Of a stretch of DNA of 64,000 nucleotides, positions 28,563 to 37,328 are shown piece by piece. The stretch comes from Vulcanimicrobiota bacterium. Lineage in GTDB: Bacteria; Vulcanimicrobiota; Vulcanimicrobiia; Vulcanimicrobiales; Vulcanimicrobiaceae. The DNA lies in NCBI GenBank assembly GCA_963743605.1, contig CAVUQJ010000013.1, positions 38,633-102,632 on the forward strand, in the 5' to 3' direction. A model generated the notes under the pieces. It was not told the origin of the DNA. It saw only the letters and a program-made list of their open reading frames with translations, and made no database searches. Positions within the stretch are counted from its first letter, which is position 1; every line of letters begins with the position of its first letter. Both the position numbers and the translations under genes were made by a program.

Positions 28563-31459
28563 ATGCACCGGTTTCTCCGCCACGCCTTGACGAGCGCGAC
28601 GCTGAGCCTCGGTTTCCTGTGCGCGGCCGGCCCGGTGCTCGCGACGGATGCCCCGGTCGGCGGCCCCGGCGGAGGACCGGCCTGGATTCCGACCGGGGTG
28701 CGCATCGACGCGTTGGCGGCGCCGGGCGCGCAGTTCTTTCGGCTCGCGACGGGCGTCCGTGAGGACGGCACGGCCGACGCCAACCAAGCGATGTCGGCCG
28801 CGTTGAGCCCGGACGGCAAAACGCTGCTCGTGATGACCAGCGGCTATAACACGAAGTTTTCTGCGCCGAACGGCGCGGCGATCACCTATCCGGTGCTCGA
28901 TCCCGCGACCGGGTTACCGAGCAGCGTCAAGACGCCGAACGCGGAGTGGGTCTTCGTCTACGACGTCACCGGCCGCACCCCGGTCAAGCGTCAGCAGCTC
29001 GCCATCCCGAATACGTATCAGGGGATCGCCTGGAAGCCCGACGGCACCGGCTTCTACGTCTCGGCCGGGATCGACGACCGCGTTTACATCTATAAGCGCG
29101 ACGCGGGGGGATCGTTTGTTCCCGACGCGCCGTTCGTGCTGCTCGGGCACAACTCCAACCAAACGGCGCCGCTTCCCAAGGACGACGGCGGGATCCTCAA
29201 GGGGACGCGCGCCGGGGAGGCCACGCTGGGTCTGCTGACGTCGGGAGCGGTCGTCGCGCACATCGCCGTCTCCGCCGACGGCGCGCTGTTGGCTGCCGCG
29301 AACTTCGAGAACGACAGCCTGTCGCTGGTCGATGCGCGTACGCGCAAGGTCACCGGTGAGGTCGCTTTCTTCAAACCGGGCGGCGCCGAGGCGGTCGGCG
29401 AGTATCCGTTCGGCGTCGCCGTATTGTCGCGGCCCGGGCTCTCGGCGAAGGTATACGTCTCGAGCCAGCGCGACGATCAGGTGATCGCGGTCGACGCGGA
29501 GACGCACGCGCAGACCGTCATTCCCGTCGGCAAGGCGCCGAACGCGCTGCTGCTCTCGCCTGATCGCAGCCGGCTTTACGTTGCGGACGGCGACGCCGAC
29601 GCGGTCAGCGTCATCGACACCGCGCGCGATGCGGTCGTCGAGACGATCTCTCTGCACCCCGGCGATCCGTTCGACGGCGCCAATCCCGATGCGCTCGCGT
29701 TGAGCCCGGACGGCCGGCGCCTCTACGTCGCGCTGGGCGGAGCGAACGCCGTCGCCGTCGTCGATCCGCAGCTTCAGGCCGTGCTCGGACGAATCCCGAC
29801 GGGCTGGTACCCGAACGCCGTCGTCGTGAGCAAGGACGGTACGCGGCTGTTCGTCGTCAACGGCAAGCAATCGCCGGGCCCGAATCCCGCCAACGGCTAT
29901 ACGACCGACGCCGGCAAGAACTCGAACACGACGCATATCAACGAGTACGGCTGGGCGCTGGAGAAGGGCGGTCTGCTCGTCGAACCGGTGCCGGCGGGCG
30001 CCGCGAGCTCGCGAAGCTGACGGCGGACGTCGACGCCTACAACGGCGTCGCCAACCGTCGCCGATCCGCGCTGATGGACGAACTCGCGCACCATATCACG
30101 CACGTCATCTACATCACCAAGGAAAACCGGACGTACGACCAGGTGCTCGGCGACCTGCCGCGCGGCAACGGAGACAAGGCGCTCGACGGAGTTTCCGCAG
30201 CCCGTCACACCCAACCACCATGAGCTGGCGCTGGACTACGTGACCTTCGACAACTACTACGATCCCGGCGAGTCGAGCGGCGTCGGCTGGAACTGGAGCG
30301 TCCAGGGTCACGACAACGAGTTCACCGAGAAGAGCCAGGACGTTTATTACGGCAACGCGGCGTTCACCGGGTTCACATACGACTACCAGGGACCGAATCG
30401 CAACGTCAATCTCGCCCTGCCGCAGACGGCCGCCTCACCCGGGCCCTTCGACGCGCGCTTCACCGGCGTCTTCGACCCGACCGGCAGTTCTGTCGATCCT
30501 GCCGGGATCCAAGGACGTTGCCGGAACGCAGGGCGACGGCGATCTGGCGCCGAGCGCCGTCGGCGGTTACCTGTGGGACGAGGCGTTGCGTCACGGCAAG
30601 ACCGTTCGCAACTACGGCGAGCACGTCGACCTGACGTATTACGAGGCGCCGCCGCCCGTCTACATTCCGATCGTGCGCCACCCGTTCGAGGCGGGCGTCC
30701 CGCAGGCACCGCCCGCGAAGCCCGATCTGGTGCCGAACACCGACATCTATTTCCGCGGCTTCGATCAAGCCGCGCCGGACGTCTACCACATGGAAGAGTG
30801 GGAGCGCGAGTTCCGGGGCTACGTGAAGAGCGGTAACCTTCCCAATCTCGAGATGATGACGATCAATCACGATCACTTCGGCTCGTTCGCGCAGGCCATC
30901 GAAGGCTTGACGAACCCGACGCTGCAGATGGCCGACGACGACTACTCGCTCGGACGCATCGTCCAGGACGTCGAGTCGTCGCCGTTCTCGGCGAGCACCG
31001 CGATCTTCGTCAACGAGGACGACTCGCAGACGGGCCCCGACCACGTGGATACGCACCGCTCGCTGCTGCTCGTGATCAGCCCATACACGCGCCGCAACGC
31101 GCTCGTGCACACGCTGTACACGACCGATAACGTCGTGCGTACCATCACCGACCTGCTCGGCCTCAACCACCTCGGCATGCAGGACGCAAACGCGGCGCCG
31201 ATGGCGGACGCGTTCGCGCGCGAGGGGACGGTGAGCGCGTATGCCGCGATCGTGCCGGGCGTGCTCTGTCAGCCGCCGGTCGCGAGCGACCTCGTGCCCG
31301 CCTGCGGGGACGCGTCGGTGCGAAGAGCGCCTACGTCCCCAGCGCCACGGCGGCGCATGGTGGGCGGCGCAGACGGCGGGCATGGACTTCAGCCGGCCGG
31401 ACGCGGTCGACCCGGTACGCTTCAATCAGGTCGTCTGGCGCGGCATCCTGGGCGGCTGA
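28563..31459 (+). CDS. Bifunctional YncE-like beta-propeller / phosphoesterase (PLC/AcpA, PF04185-type) protein; at least 4 frame breaks
   Basis: Signal peptide. YVTN-type repeats (LSPDGKTLLVMTSG, VSADGALLAAANFENDSLSLVD, LSPDRSRLYVADGDADAVSVID, LSPDGRRLYVALGGANAVAVVD, VSKDGTRLFVVNG). Then in other frames HVIYITKENRTYDQVLGDL, TPNHHELALDYVTFDNYYDPGESSGVGWNWS, MMTINHDHFG, AIFVNEDDSQTGPDHVDTHRSLLLVISPY. Ends at TGA 31457-31459. Confidence 0.7.
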
Positions 31460-31471
31460 GCGCCGGGCGCC

Positions 31472-31592
31472 CTTTTCGGGCAGAAAAGCAAACGCCGGCG
31501 GCTGCTTGGGCCACCGGGCGTCGCGAGTACAAGTGCGACTCGTCGCATCGGTTGTGCTCTTGCAAGATATAACTCGCGGTCTGCCCGAAAAG
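31472..31592 (+). repeat. Repeat copy 1: 83-nt core (31482-31564) bracketed by a perfect 12-bp inverted repeat; MITE-like or structured RNA
   Basis: CTTTTCGGGCAG (31472-31483) and CTGCCCGAAAAG (31581-31592) are exact reverse complements. The core AGAAAAGCAAACGCCGGCGGCTGCTTGGGCCACCGGGCGTCGCGAGTACAAGTGCGACTCGTCGCATCGGTTGTGCTCTTGCA recurs at 31888-31970. Confidence 0.7.
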
Positions 31593-31643
31593 TTGCAGCC
31601 GGCGGGGAGGTCGGCCGGTCACCGGCGCGGCATCCGGTTCGAT

Positions 31644-31889
31644 GTGCCCTCCCCTGCGCAGAAGCTCGCCGGTTCGCTGAACGCCGTCGCAAAGGCGCCC
31701 CAATTCTCGTATCGGCAGGCGCGAGCGACGGCCCGCCAGGATCCCAACGTCGACTGGGAGGCAACGAAACGCCTCAACGAGGACTTCAATCCGGACGTCG
31801 ACGGTTGCGAGTCGTTCGTGTTGCGCGACGGCAGCGTGTGCGAATGGAATCCGTCCCGTCGCGCGTACGCGGCGCGCGGACCGGGCTAG
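31644..31889 (+). CDS. Small hypothetical protein lying between the two repeat copies
   Basis: Frame of ORF 31506..31889. The distal part (AQKLAGSLNAVAKAPQFSYRQARATARQDPNVDWEATKRLNEDFNPDVDGCESFVLRDGSVCEWNPSRRAY) is GC3-rich. Start uncertain (GTG 31644 or TTG 31593). Its stop TAG overlaps the first bases of repeat copy 2. Confidence 0.3.
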   Translation: MPSPAQKLAGSLNAVAKAPQFSYRQARATARQDPNVDWEATKRLNEDFNPDVDGCESFVLRDGSVCEWNPSRRAYAARGPG

Positions 31890-31970
31890 AAAAGCAAACG
31901 CCCGCGGCTGCTTGAGCCATCGGGCGTCGCGAGTACAAGTGCGACGTGTCGCAGCGGTTGTGCTCTTGCA
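31888..31970 (+). repeat. Repeat copy 2 (83 nt, about 93% identical to 31482-31564), without the perfect flanking inverted repeat
   Basis: Direct alignment gives 6 substitutions in 83 nt. The internal hairpin GCGAC-nn-GTCGC is retained with a different loop (TC versus GT). Confidence 0.7.
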
Positions 31971-32008
31971 CCCAAGAACCAGGCCGTGGCCGAAAACGTT
32001 CCAGGCGA

Positions 32009-32317
32009 TTACCGGGGTGGGTTGAGCCCGAGGACGACCATGCCGAGCGCGGCGATGAACACGATCACGACCGCCATCGTCAGCACGCGGTTGGGCCGGC
32101 CGAGGCGGATCTGCCAGATGCCGTTGCCGATGCCGAGGACCCCGGCCAGGATGACCAGCGTGAACGCGAGGTAGGTTCGCCCGAAAAACGCGGTCGTCGC
32201 CTGGTCGTTCGGAGCGTTTTGGCGACTCACGATTCCGGCGACCCAGATCCAGACGCCGGCCATGAAGGCGACGAGGAAGACGCCCGCGACGAGCCCGATC
32301 CAGCCGCGCGTTTTCAC
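32009..32317 (-). CDS. Small integral membrane protein (3 predicted TM segments)
   Basis: From GTG 32317: VKTRGWIGLVAGVFLVAFMAGVWIWVAGIV...TYLAFTLVILAGVLGIGNGIW...VLTMAVVIVFIAALGMVVLGL. The longer ORF to 32524 is Arg-rich and overlaps the IS left end. Confidence 0.35.
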   Translation of the reverse strand: MKTRGWIGLVAGVFLVAFMAGVWIWVAGIVSRQNAPNDQATTAFFGRTYLAFTLVILAGVLGIGNGIWQIRLGRPNRVLTMAVVIVFIAALGMVVLGLNPPR

Positions 32318-32499
32318 GCCGCCCGGGTTCGCAGGCGAACGGCAGGCTCCTCGGAAGTGGGCACGGAGGCGAGCGACCCACGCCGGGTCCCCACGGAATA
32401 CGACGATAGCCGTGGGGCGCAGCAGTCGCGCAGCGCTAGCGAAGCGCGTCGCTGCAAAGGGCGTCGGTTCACGGTACGTGAGCGTCGTGATCCGGTGGT

Positions 32500-33801
32500 C
32501 ATCTGTGTGCCATGCTGTTGGCACATCCGCGTGCGACGATCATGGCGATGCCTCGGTCGAACCGGTTCGATGGTCAACTGCGCTGGCTGCACAAGGTGCG
32601 GCTGTACCCGACGCACGCCCAACGCTCCGCGCTCTTTGGGGCGTTGCGCCAAACCCGCGAACTCTACAATGCGATGCTCGAACAGCGCCGGGAGTACTGG
32701 CGGCGCGGACGGCGTCGCGTTACCGACCAATATCGCCAGATCACCGAACTGCGCGCCAGCGATCCCGCGTACGCTGCGGGCTACCGCGAGTGCCAAGACG
32801 CGGTGTTGCACCGGCTCGAGCTGGCCTACGCGGCGTTCTTTCGGCGCGTCAAGGCCGGTGAAACGCCGGGTGCGCCTCGGTTCAAGAGCGCACGGCGCTG
32901 GAACCAATTTGAGTTTCCACACGGGGATCGAGCCATCACGTTCGACACCGCACAGCGCAGGATGACGATTCCGGGCGTCGGCACCGTGAAGCTGCGCAAG
33001 GGCCGCGTGGTCCCAGCGACCTTCGGACGCGTCTTCATCGTCCACAAGAACGGCCGGTGGTATGCGGTGTTCGAGTGTCACCGGGAGGTTGAACCGTTGC
33101 CGGCGACCGGCCGGAGCGTTGGCATCGATCGGGGTATCCGGGCGCTGGCGGCGCTGTCGACCGGCGAACTCGTGGAGAATCTGCGGCCGGGATCGCGTCG
33201 CCGGGTGGCGACCGAGCGGTGCCAGCGTGAACTCGACGCGGTCACGGTCAAGGACGCGCGGGGCCGACCCATCAACGGCCGCGATCGCCGGCGGAAAGCT
33301 GCGGTGTGCAAGCTAGCCCGGGCCAAAGAGCGCGAGGCCAACGCACGTCGCGACTGGTTGCACAAGTGGTCGCGGACGATCGTGGACCGGTTCGACGTGA
33401 TCGCCCTGGAAGACCTCAGGCTGAAGAACATGACCCGGTCTGCGAAGGGCAACGCTGAGCGGCCGGGGAGGAACGTCAAGGCGAAGAGCGGGCTCAATCG
33501 GGCGCTGCTCGATGCCGGGTTGGGGATACTGGGGACGCTGATTCGCGAGAAGGCTGCAAGTGCTGCTCGCACGGTGATCGGCGTCGATCCCAGGCACTCG
33601 TCGCAAGAGTGCTCGCGGTGCGGGCACGGTGCGGCGAGCAATCGCGTGAGGAGTCGGTTTCGATGCGGGCGGTGTTGGTATCGGTGCGATGCCGATGTCA
33701 ATGCGGCTCGGGTCATTCTCGCACGCGGACGGGCGCAGTTGGCGCCCTCGAGGGCACCGGGTCACGCCCGGAGCAGGACGCACGATGCGGCCTGACCACG
33801 C
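32500..33801 (+). mobile_element. TnpB-only IS200/IS605-family (IS1341-like) element; ends not determined
   Basis: tnpB without tnpA. Hairpin TGTGCCA-tgctgt-TGGCACA at 32506-32525 just upstream of the start. The right end must lie at or before 33801, because a full-length conserved convergent gene ends at 33802. Confidence 0.45.
32542..33795 (+). CDS. tnpB: RNA-guided endonuclease TnpB (IS605 OrfB family)
   Basis: RWLHKVRLYPTHAQRSAL N-terminus; RuvC motifs VGIDRGI, IALEDLRLKNM, DADVNAARVIL; zinc finger CSRCGH...FRCGRCWYRCD. Confidence 0.85.
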   Translation: MAMPRSNRFDGQLRWLHKVRLYPTHAQRSALFGALRQTRELYNAMLEQRREYWRRGRRRVTDQYRQITELRASDPAYAAGYRECQDAVLHRLELAYAAFFRRVKAGETPGAPRFKSARRWNQFEFPHGDRAITFDTAQRRMTIPGVGTVKLRKGRVVPATFGRVFIVHKNGRWYAVFECHREVEPLPATGRSVGIDRGIRALAALSTGELVENLRPGSRRRVATERCQRELDAVTVKDARGRPINGRDRRRKAAVCKLARAKEREANARRDWLHKWSRTIVDRFDVIALEDLRLKNMTRSAKGNAERPGRNVKAKSGLNRALLDAGLGILGTLIREKAASAARTVIGVDPRHSSQECSRCGHGAASNRVRSRFRCGRCWYRCDADVNAARVILARGRAQLAPSRAPGHARSRTHDAA

Positions 33802-34741
33802 TCACAACGAACGCCCCACGGCGAGTCCGCCGGCCGACGGAAGATCGACCGGCCAAGACCCGACGACCGCGCCGTTGGCATAACCGAGTTCGACGACGCG
33901 AAGGCCGCCGAGGAAGTAAAGATCGTTTGCTGCTCCGAACGCGAGCGACCCGGGTGCATGTGACGTTGGAATCATGCGCGCGACGCCCCAATCCGGCGGC
34001 GAGAGTACGGCGATCTGCCCGGATCCTCGCGACGTCGTCCTCCCGACCAACAGGTTCCCAGCCGAATCGAGCGTCAGGTTTGCGGGGCGCGTGACGTTCG
34101 GGGGTTCCGTTGATGCACCGGCCCTTGGACGAGTGCGGCGCGAACTCGACGATCGTGCCGCGGTGGCGGCGGCAGCCGGAACCGTCGCCAGAACCGAGGT
34201 CGCGCACCGCGCTCGCGTCATCGGACGGCTGATACTGATAGGAGACGAACACGTCGCTGTGGGCGTCGACGGCGACGCCGGTCGCGACGTCCCCATAACG
34301 CCGGGGCTGCAGCGTCCTGACCGGCGCTCCTCCCGAAGCGTCATATTCGAGCAGGTCGCCTTGGGACGCCGCGACGTAGACGTTGCCGTCCGGCCCGACG
34401 GCGAGGGAACTGCCGTAGCCGACGCCAGTGAACTGGCGAACCAATCGAAAGCCGCGCACCGAGTGGTGGTACTCCTCCACCACGCCGGCGCCGAACGATT
34501 GTCCGTTGTTGATGACGTACAGGTCGTTGTTCGGTCCCAGTGCGGGACCGACGAGGTTTACGCCGTCCTGCACGAAGACGAATCCGGCGAGTTCGAGCGC
34601 AGGATGCCGGCGGTAGACGTAGACGCCACCGGTTGAAGCGATGTAGAGCACCTCATCGCCGCGGCGCAAGCCCGGTGACAGCCACTGAGCGGGCGGCATC
34701 GCGGCCGGGTGTATGGCGAGGGCGAGCAGCGTCGCGATCAT
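33802..34741 (-). CDS. Secreted propeller-like protein, module A gene 3 (paralogue of 40616..41587); frame break near 34130
   Basis: MIATLLALAIHPAAMPPAQWLSPGLRRGDEVLYIASTGGVYVYRRHPALELAGFVFV...LAVGPDGNVYVAASQGDLLEYDASGGAPVRTL. It continues in the frame of ORF 33802..34344 (LDSAGNLLVGR...IAVLSPPDWGVARMIP...LYFLGGLRVVELGYANGAVVGSWPVDLPSAGGLAVGRSL), collinear with the module B paralogue to the last residue. Confidence 0.6.
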
Positions 34742-34751
34742 CTCGAGTCCC

Positions 34752-35786
34752 TCATTGTTGGTGCACGGCCAGACCGATCGGATGCGCCAGCCTCGTGGCG
34801 CGGCCACGCAGCACCGCGAGCGGTGGGCCGTCGACGTTGCCCGAGGGGTTTGCCGCGTACGTCGTCACGGAGTTCTCATACTCGTTGGCGACATAGATTT
34901 GTCCGGTTCCGTCGAGCGTCACGCTGTGAGGGAGGGCGACGCCGCTGCGGATGCCCCCGATGACGGCGAGCGGCGCCCCCGTGTACGTGCCTCGTGGCGG
35001 CGGATACACGGTGATCGTCCCGATCGCGCCCTTTGACGGTGCGGCGTTCGCAACGTAGATGTCTCCGTCGCCGTCTTCGGCGATCGCGACCGGGTCGTTC
35101 AGGTCGGTGTTAGCTCCGGAGATCGTTGCCTTCGGTGCCTCGTTCAGTACGCCGCGCGGGTCGCGCGCGTAGATCGTGACGTAGCCGCCGTGCGCGCCGT
35201 TGACGACCGCGATCTCGCCGTGCGGGCCGACGGCGATCGCCTCGACCTCGAGCAGTTGCGTGGCGCTTCCGTGGATGGTCGCCAGCGGGGCGCCGGTGAC
35301 ATTCCCGCGCGGGTTTGCAGCGTAGACGGTGACGCTCGGACCGTACCCGTTGAGCACGTAGATGCGCCCGGCCGCGTCGAGCGCGACGCCCTTCGGGTCG
35401 CCGACGCCGGTTTCGCCGCCGGCGATGATGGCGATCGGAAACCGGACGCGTTTACTCGCGGGCGGCGCAAAGACCGCGATCGAGCTGTTGAAGGAACTCG
35501 CGACGTAGATTCGGCCGTCGGCGCCGACGGAGATTCCCGTTGGCCCCTGGATGTCCGACTGCGGTCCGCCGACGGTCGACAGCGGCGCCCGATCGCGACC
35601 GCCGGCCGCGGCATACATCGTCACGGCTTGATCGTGCGAGTTGAGCACATAGACGAGGCCGGTGCCCTCCGCTCCACGCGAGAGCGGCGCGCGGCTTCCG
35701 GACGGCGAGAACGCGGAACCGCCGCAGCCGGCGCAGACGGCGGACAGAAACAGCGCGACGCCGCGGCGCGGGTGATCGATCGTCAT
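34752..35786 (-). CDS. NHL-type six-bladed beta-propeller lipoprotein, module A gene 2
   Basis: MTIDHPRRGVALFLSAVCAGCGG lipobox. Repeated blades of the form G...L..P.G.A.D..GRIYV.N....SVTVYAANPRGNVTG.PLA. The ATG overlaps the upstream stop (ATGA). Confidence 0.7.
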   Translation of the reverse strand: MTIDHPRRGVALFLSAVCAGCGGSAFSPSGSRAPLSRGAEGTGLVYVLNSHDQAVTMYAAAGGRDRAPLSTVGGPQSDIQGPTGISVGADGRIYVASSFNSSIAVFAPPASKRVRFPIAIIAGGETGVGDPKGVALDAAGRIYVLNGYGPSVTVYAANPRGNVTGAPLATIHGSATQLLEVEAIAVGPHGEIAVVNGAHGGYVTIYARDPRGVLNEAPKATISGANTDLNDPVAIAEDGDGDIYVANAAPSKGAIGTITVYPPPRGTYTGAPLAVIGGIRSGVALPHSVTLDGTGQIYVANEYENSVTTYAANPSGNVDGPPLAVLRGRATRLAHPIGLAVHQQ

Positions 35787-37081
35787 GGCGCGATCCGAAA
35801 GACGGCGCCGCCGCCGAACGTTCCGCCGGCGTAGGTTGCGCCGTACAGTGCTCCGTCCGGGCCGAAGGCCAAGCTGGCGTAGGGCTTCGCGCCGTCGACA
35901 CCCGAGAACGCGTGGAGGAGCCGTTCCCGCCACAGCGAGGCGCCGCGAACCGGTGGGATCAACATGAACGCGGTGCCAAGCCCCTTTGATGAGCCGCCGA
36001 AGGTGGTCCCGTAGACCCGCCGATCGGGGCCGACGACGACGCCCCCGTACGGCGCGGCTCCATCGGATCCACCGGTGAAACTGTGCAGTACGGTCTCGCG
36101 CCAGGCGCTCGATCCTGCACGGGGAGGCGCCAGCCGGAAGACGATGCCCTCGTTTGCCGTTCCGCCGGTCAACGTCGTTCCATACAGTGCGCCGTCGCGA
36201 CCGATGGTCAGCGTTCCGTACGGCCCCGAGCCGTCGCCGGCGGACGGTCCCCCGAACTCATACAGCGTTTGGTCCGTCCATGCGCCGCTGCCGCTCGCCG
36301 GCGGCGACAGTTCGAAGACGTTGCCGCACGCGCACGCGCCTCCGCCGTCCACCGCCGTTCCGTAGTAGTTCCCCGCGCCGTCCGCGACCAGCCCGGCGAA
36401 CGGTTGGCAACCGGCATTCGGTGCAACGAATCGCGAGAGGATCGTTTCCGTCCATACGCCGTGCCGCGAGGTCGGCGGCGCCAGGCGGAATGCCAGCCCG
36501 CAAAAGCTGACCGCGCTGGTCGTCGTCGTCCCGTACAACGACCCGTCGGCGGCGAGCGCGAGACCGGCGAAGGGTGCCGCGCCGTCGTCGCGCCCCTCGA
36601 ATGCGTGAAGCACCTTCTCGTTCCAGTAATACTGACCGCTTGTCGGCGGCGTGAGCGAGAACACCGTGCCGCCCCCGTACCCGCCCTCTTGAGTCGTTCC
36701 GTATAGCTTCCCGTCGGATGCGACGGCGACGCCCGCCATCGGCATTTGGCCGTCGGCGCCCATGAAGTTCGTCAGCACGGCGCCGCGCCACGTCGAGTGT
36801 TTGCCGTGCGGTGGCGTCACGCCGTAAACGTCGCCGTCGCCGACACCGCCGTAGCTCGTCGTACCGTAGACGACGCCGGCGCCGTCGACGGCGGGCGTGC
36901 CCCACGGGTGGCTTCCCGCGGGCAGGCTGTAGATCGTTTCGAACGCGGGCTTCAGCGGCGCGCTCCGCGCCGCCGCGCGCGCGGCGATCGGGGCGATTGC
37001 GCCGCAGCACAGTGCCGCAGCGCAAACGACACAGACGGTTCCTGCAGACGGGCGCAAGAAGCGCTGGATGATCATCCTCAC
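35783..37081 (-). CDS. Secreted GloVer-repeat protein, module A gene 1
   Basis: 432 aa. Signal peptide, repeats ending GGTVFSL / GNVFEL / GIVFRL / GTAFML / GAVFRI, each preceded by LYGTT-type motifs. Confidence 0.75.
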   Translation of the reverse strand: MRMIIQRFLRPSAGTVCVVCAAALCCGAIAPIAARAAARSAPLKPAFETIYSLPAGSHPWGTPAVDGAGVVYGTTSYGGVGDGDVYGVTPPHGKHSTWRGAVLTNFMGADGQMPMAGVAVASDGKLYGTTQEGGYGGGTVFSLTPPTSGQYYWNEKVLHAFEGRDDGAAPFAGLALAADGSLYGTTTTSAVSFCGLAFRLAPPTSRHGVWTETILSRFVAPNAGCQPFAGLVADGAGNYYGTAVDGGGACACGNVFELSPPASGSGAWTDQTLYEFGGPSAGDGSGPYGTLTIGRDGALYGTTLTGGTANEGIVFRLAPPRAGSSAWRETVLHSFTGGSDGAAPYGGVVVGPDRRVYGTTFGGSSKGLGTAFMLIPPVRGASLWRERLLHAFSGVDGAKPYASLAFGPDGALYGATYAGGTFGGGAVFRIAP

Positions 37082-37328
37082 CTCGCTCGAGATAAACGCC
37101 CGCCTCAGCGCAATTCTCTGCCACCGGCGTCGTTCCCGCGGATACGTCCGGCGGGCCGCCGGATAGGCGGGCGAGCCCCCCCTCGGCCGGCGTGGTGTGG
37201 GTCACACCTTCCTTTGCCGAAGAGGTGTTCGAGCGGGGGCTCGCCGAGGTTCCCGAGCGTCGCCATGCCGCGCCGCCGCGAGGGACGGCATCGGACCGGC
37301 GTCTCTTCTCTATCGACAGAGGTGTAGC

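Noticed and set aside
31505-31520. CCACCGGG segment in the 83-nt repeat, reminiscent of part of the ZTP (pfl) riboswitch core
   Set aside because: The other conserved ZTP elements, including the 3' CCGCCUGGGC pseudoknot partner, are absent. Likely coincidence.
32009-32524. Full 171-aa minus-strand ORF as the membrane-protein gene
   Set aside because: The N-terminal 69 residues are Arg-rich, non-membrane, and overlap the tnpB 5' region and left-end hairpin. An internal GTG at 32317 gives a compact 3-TM protein.
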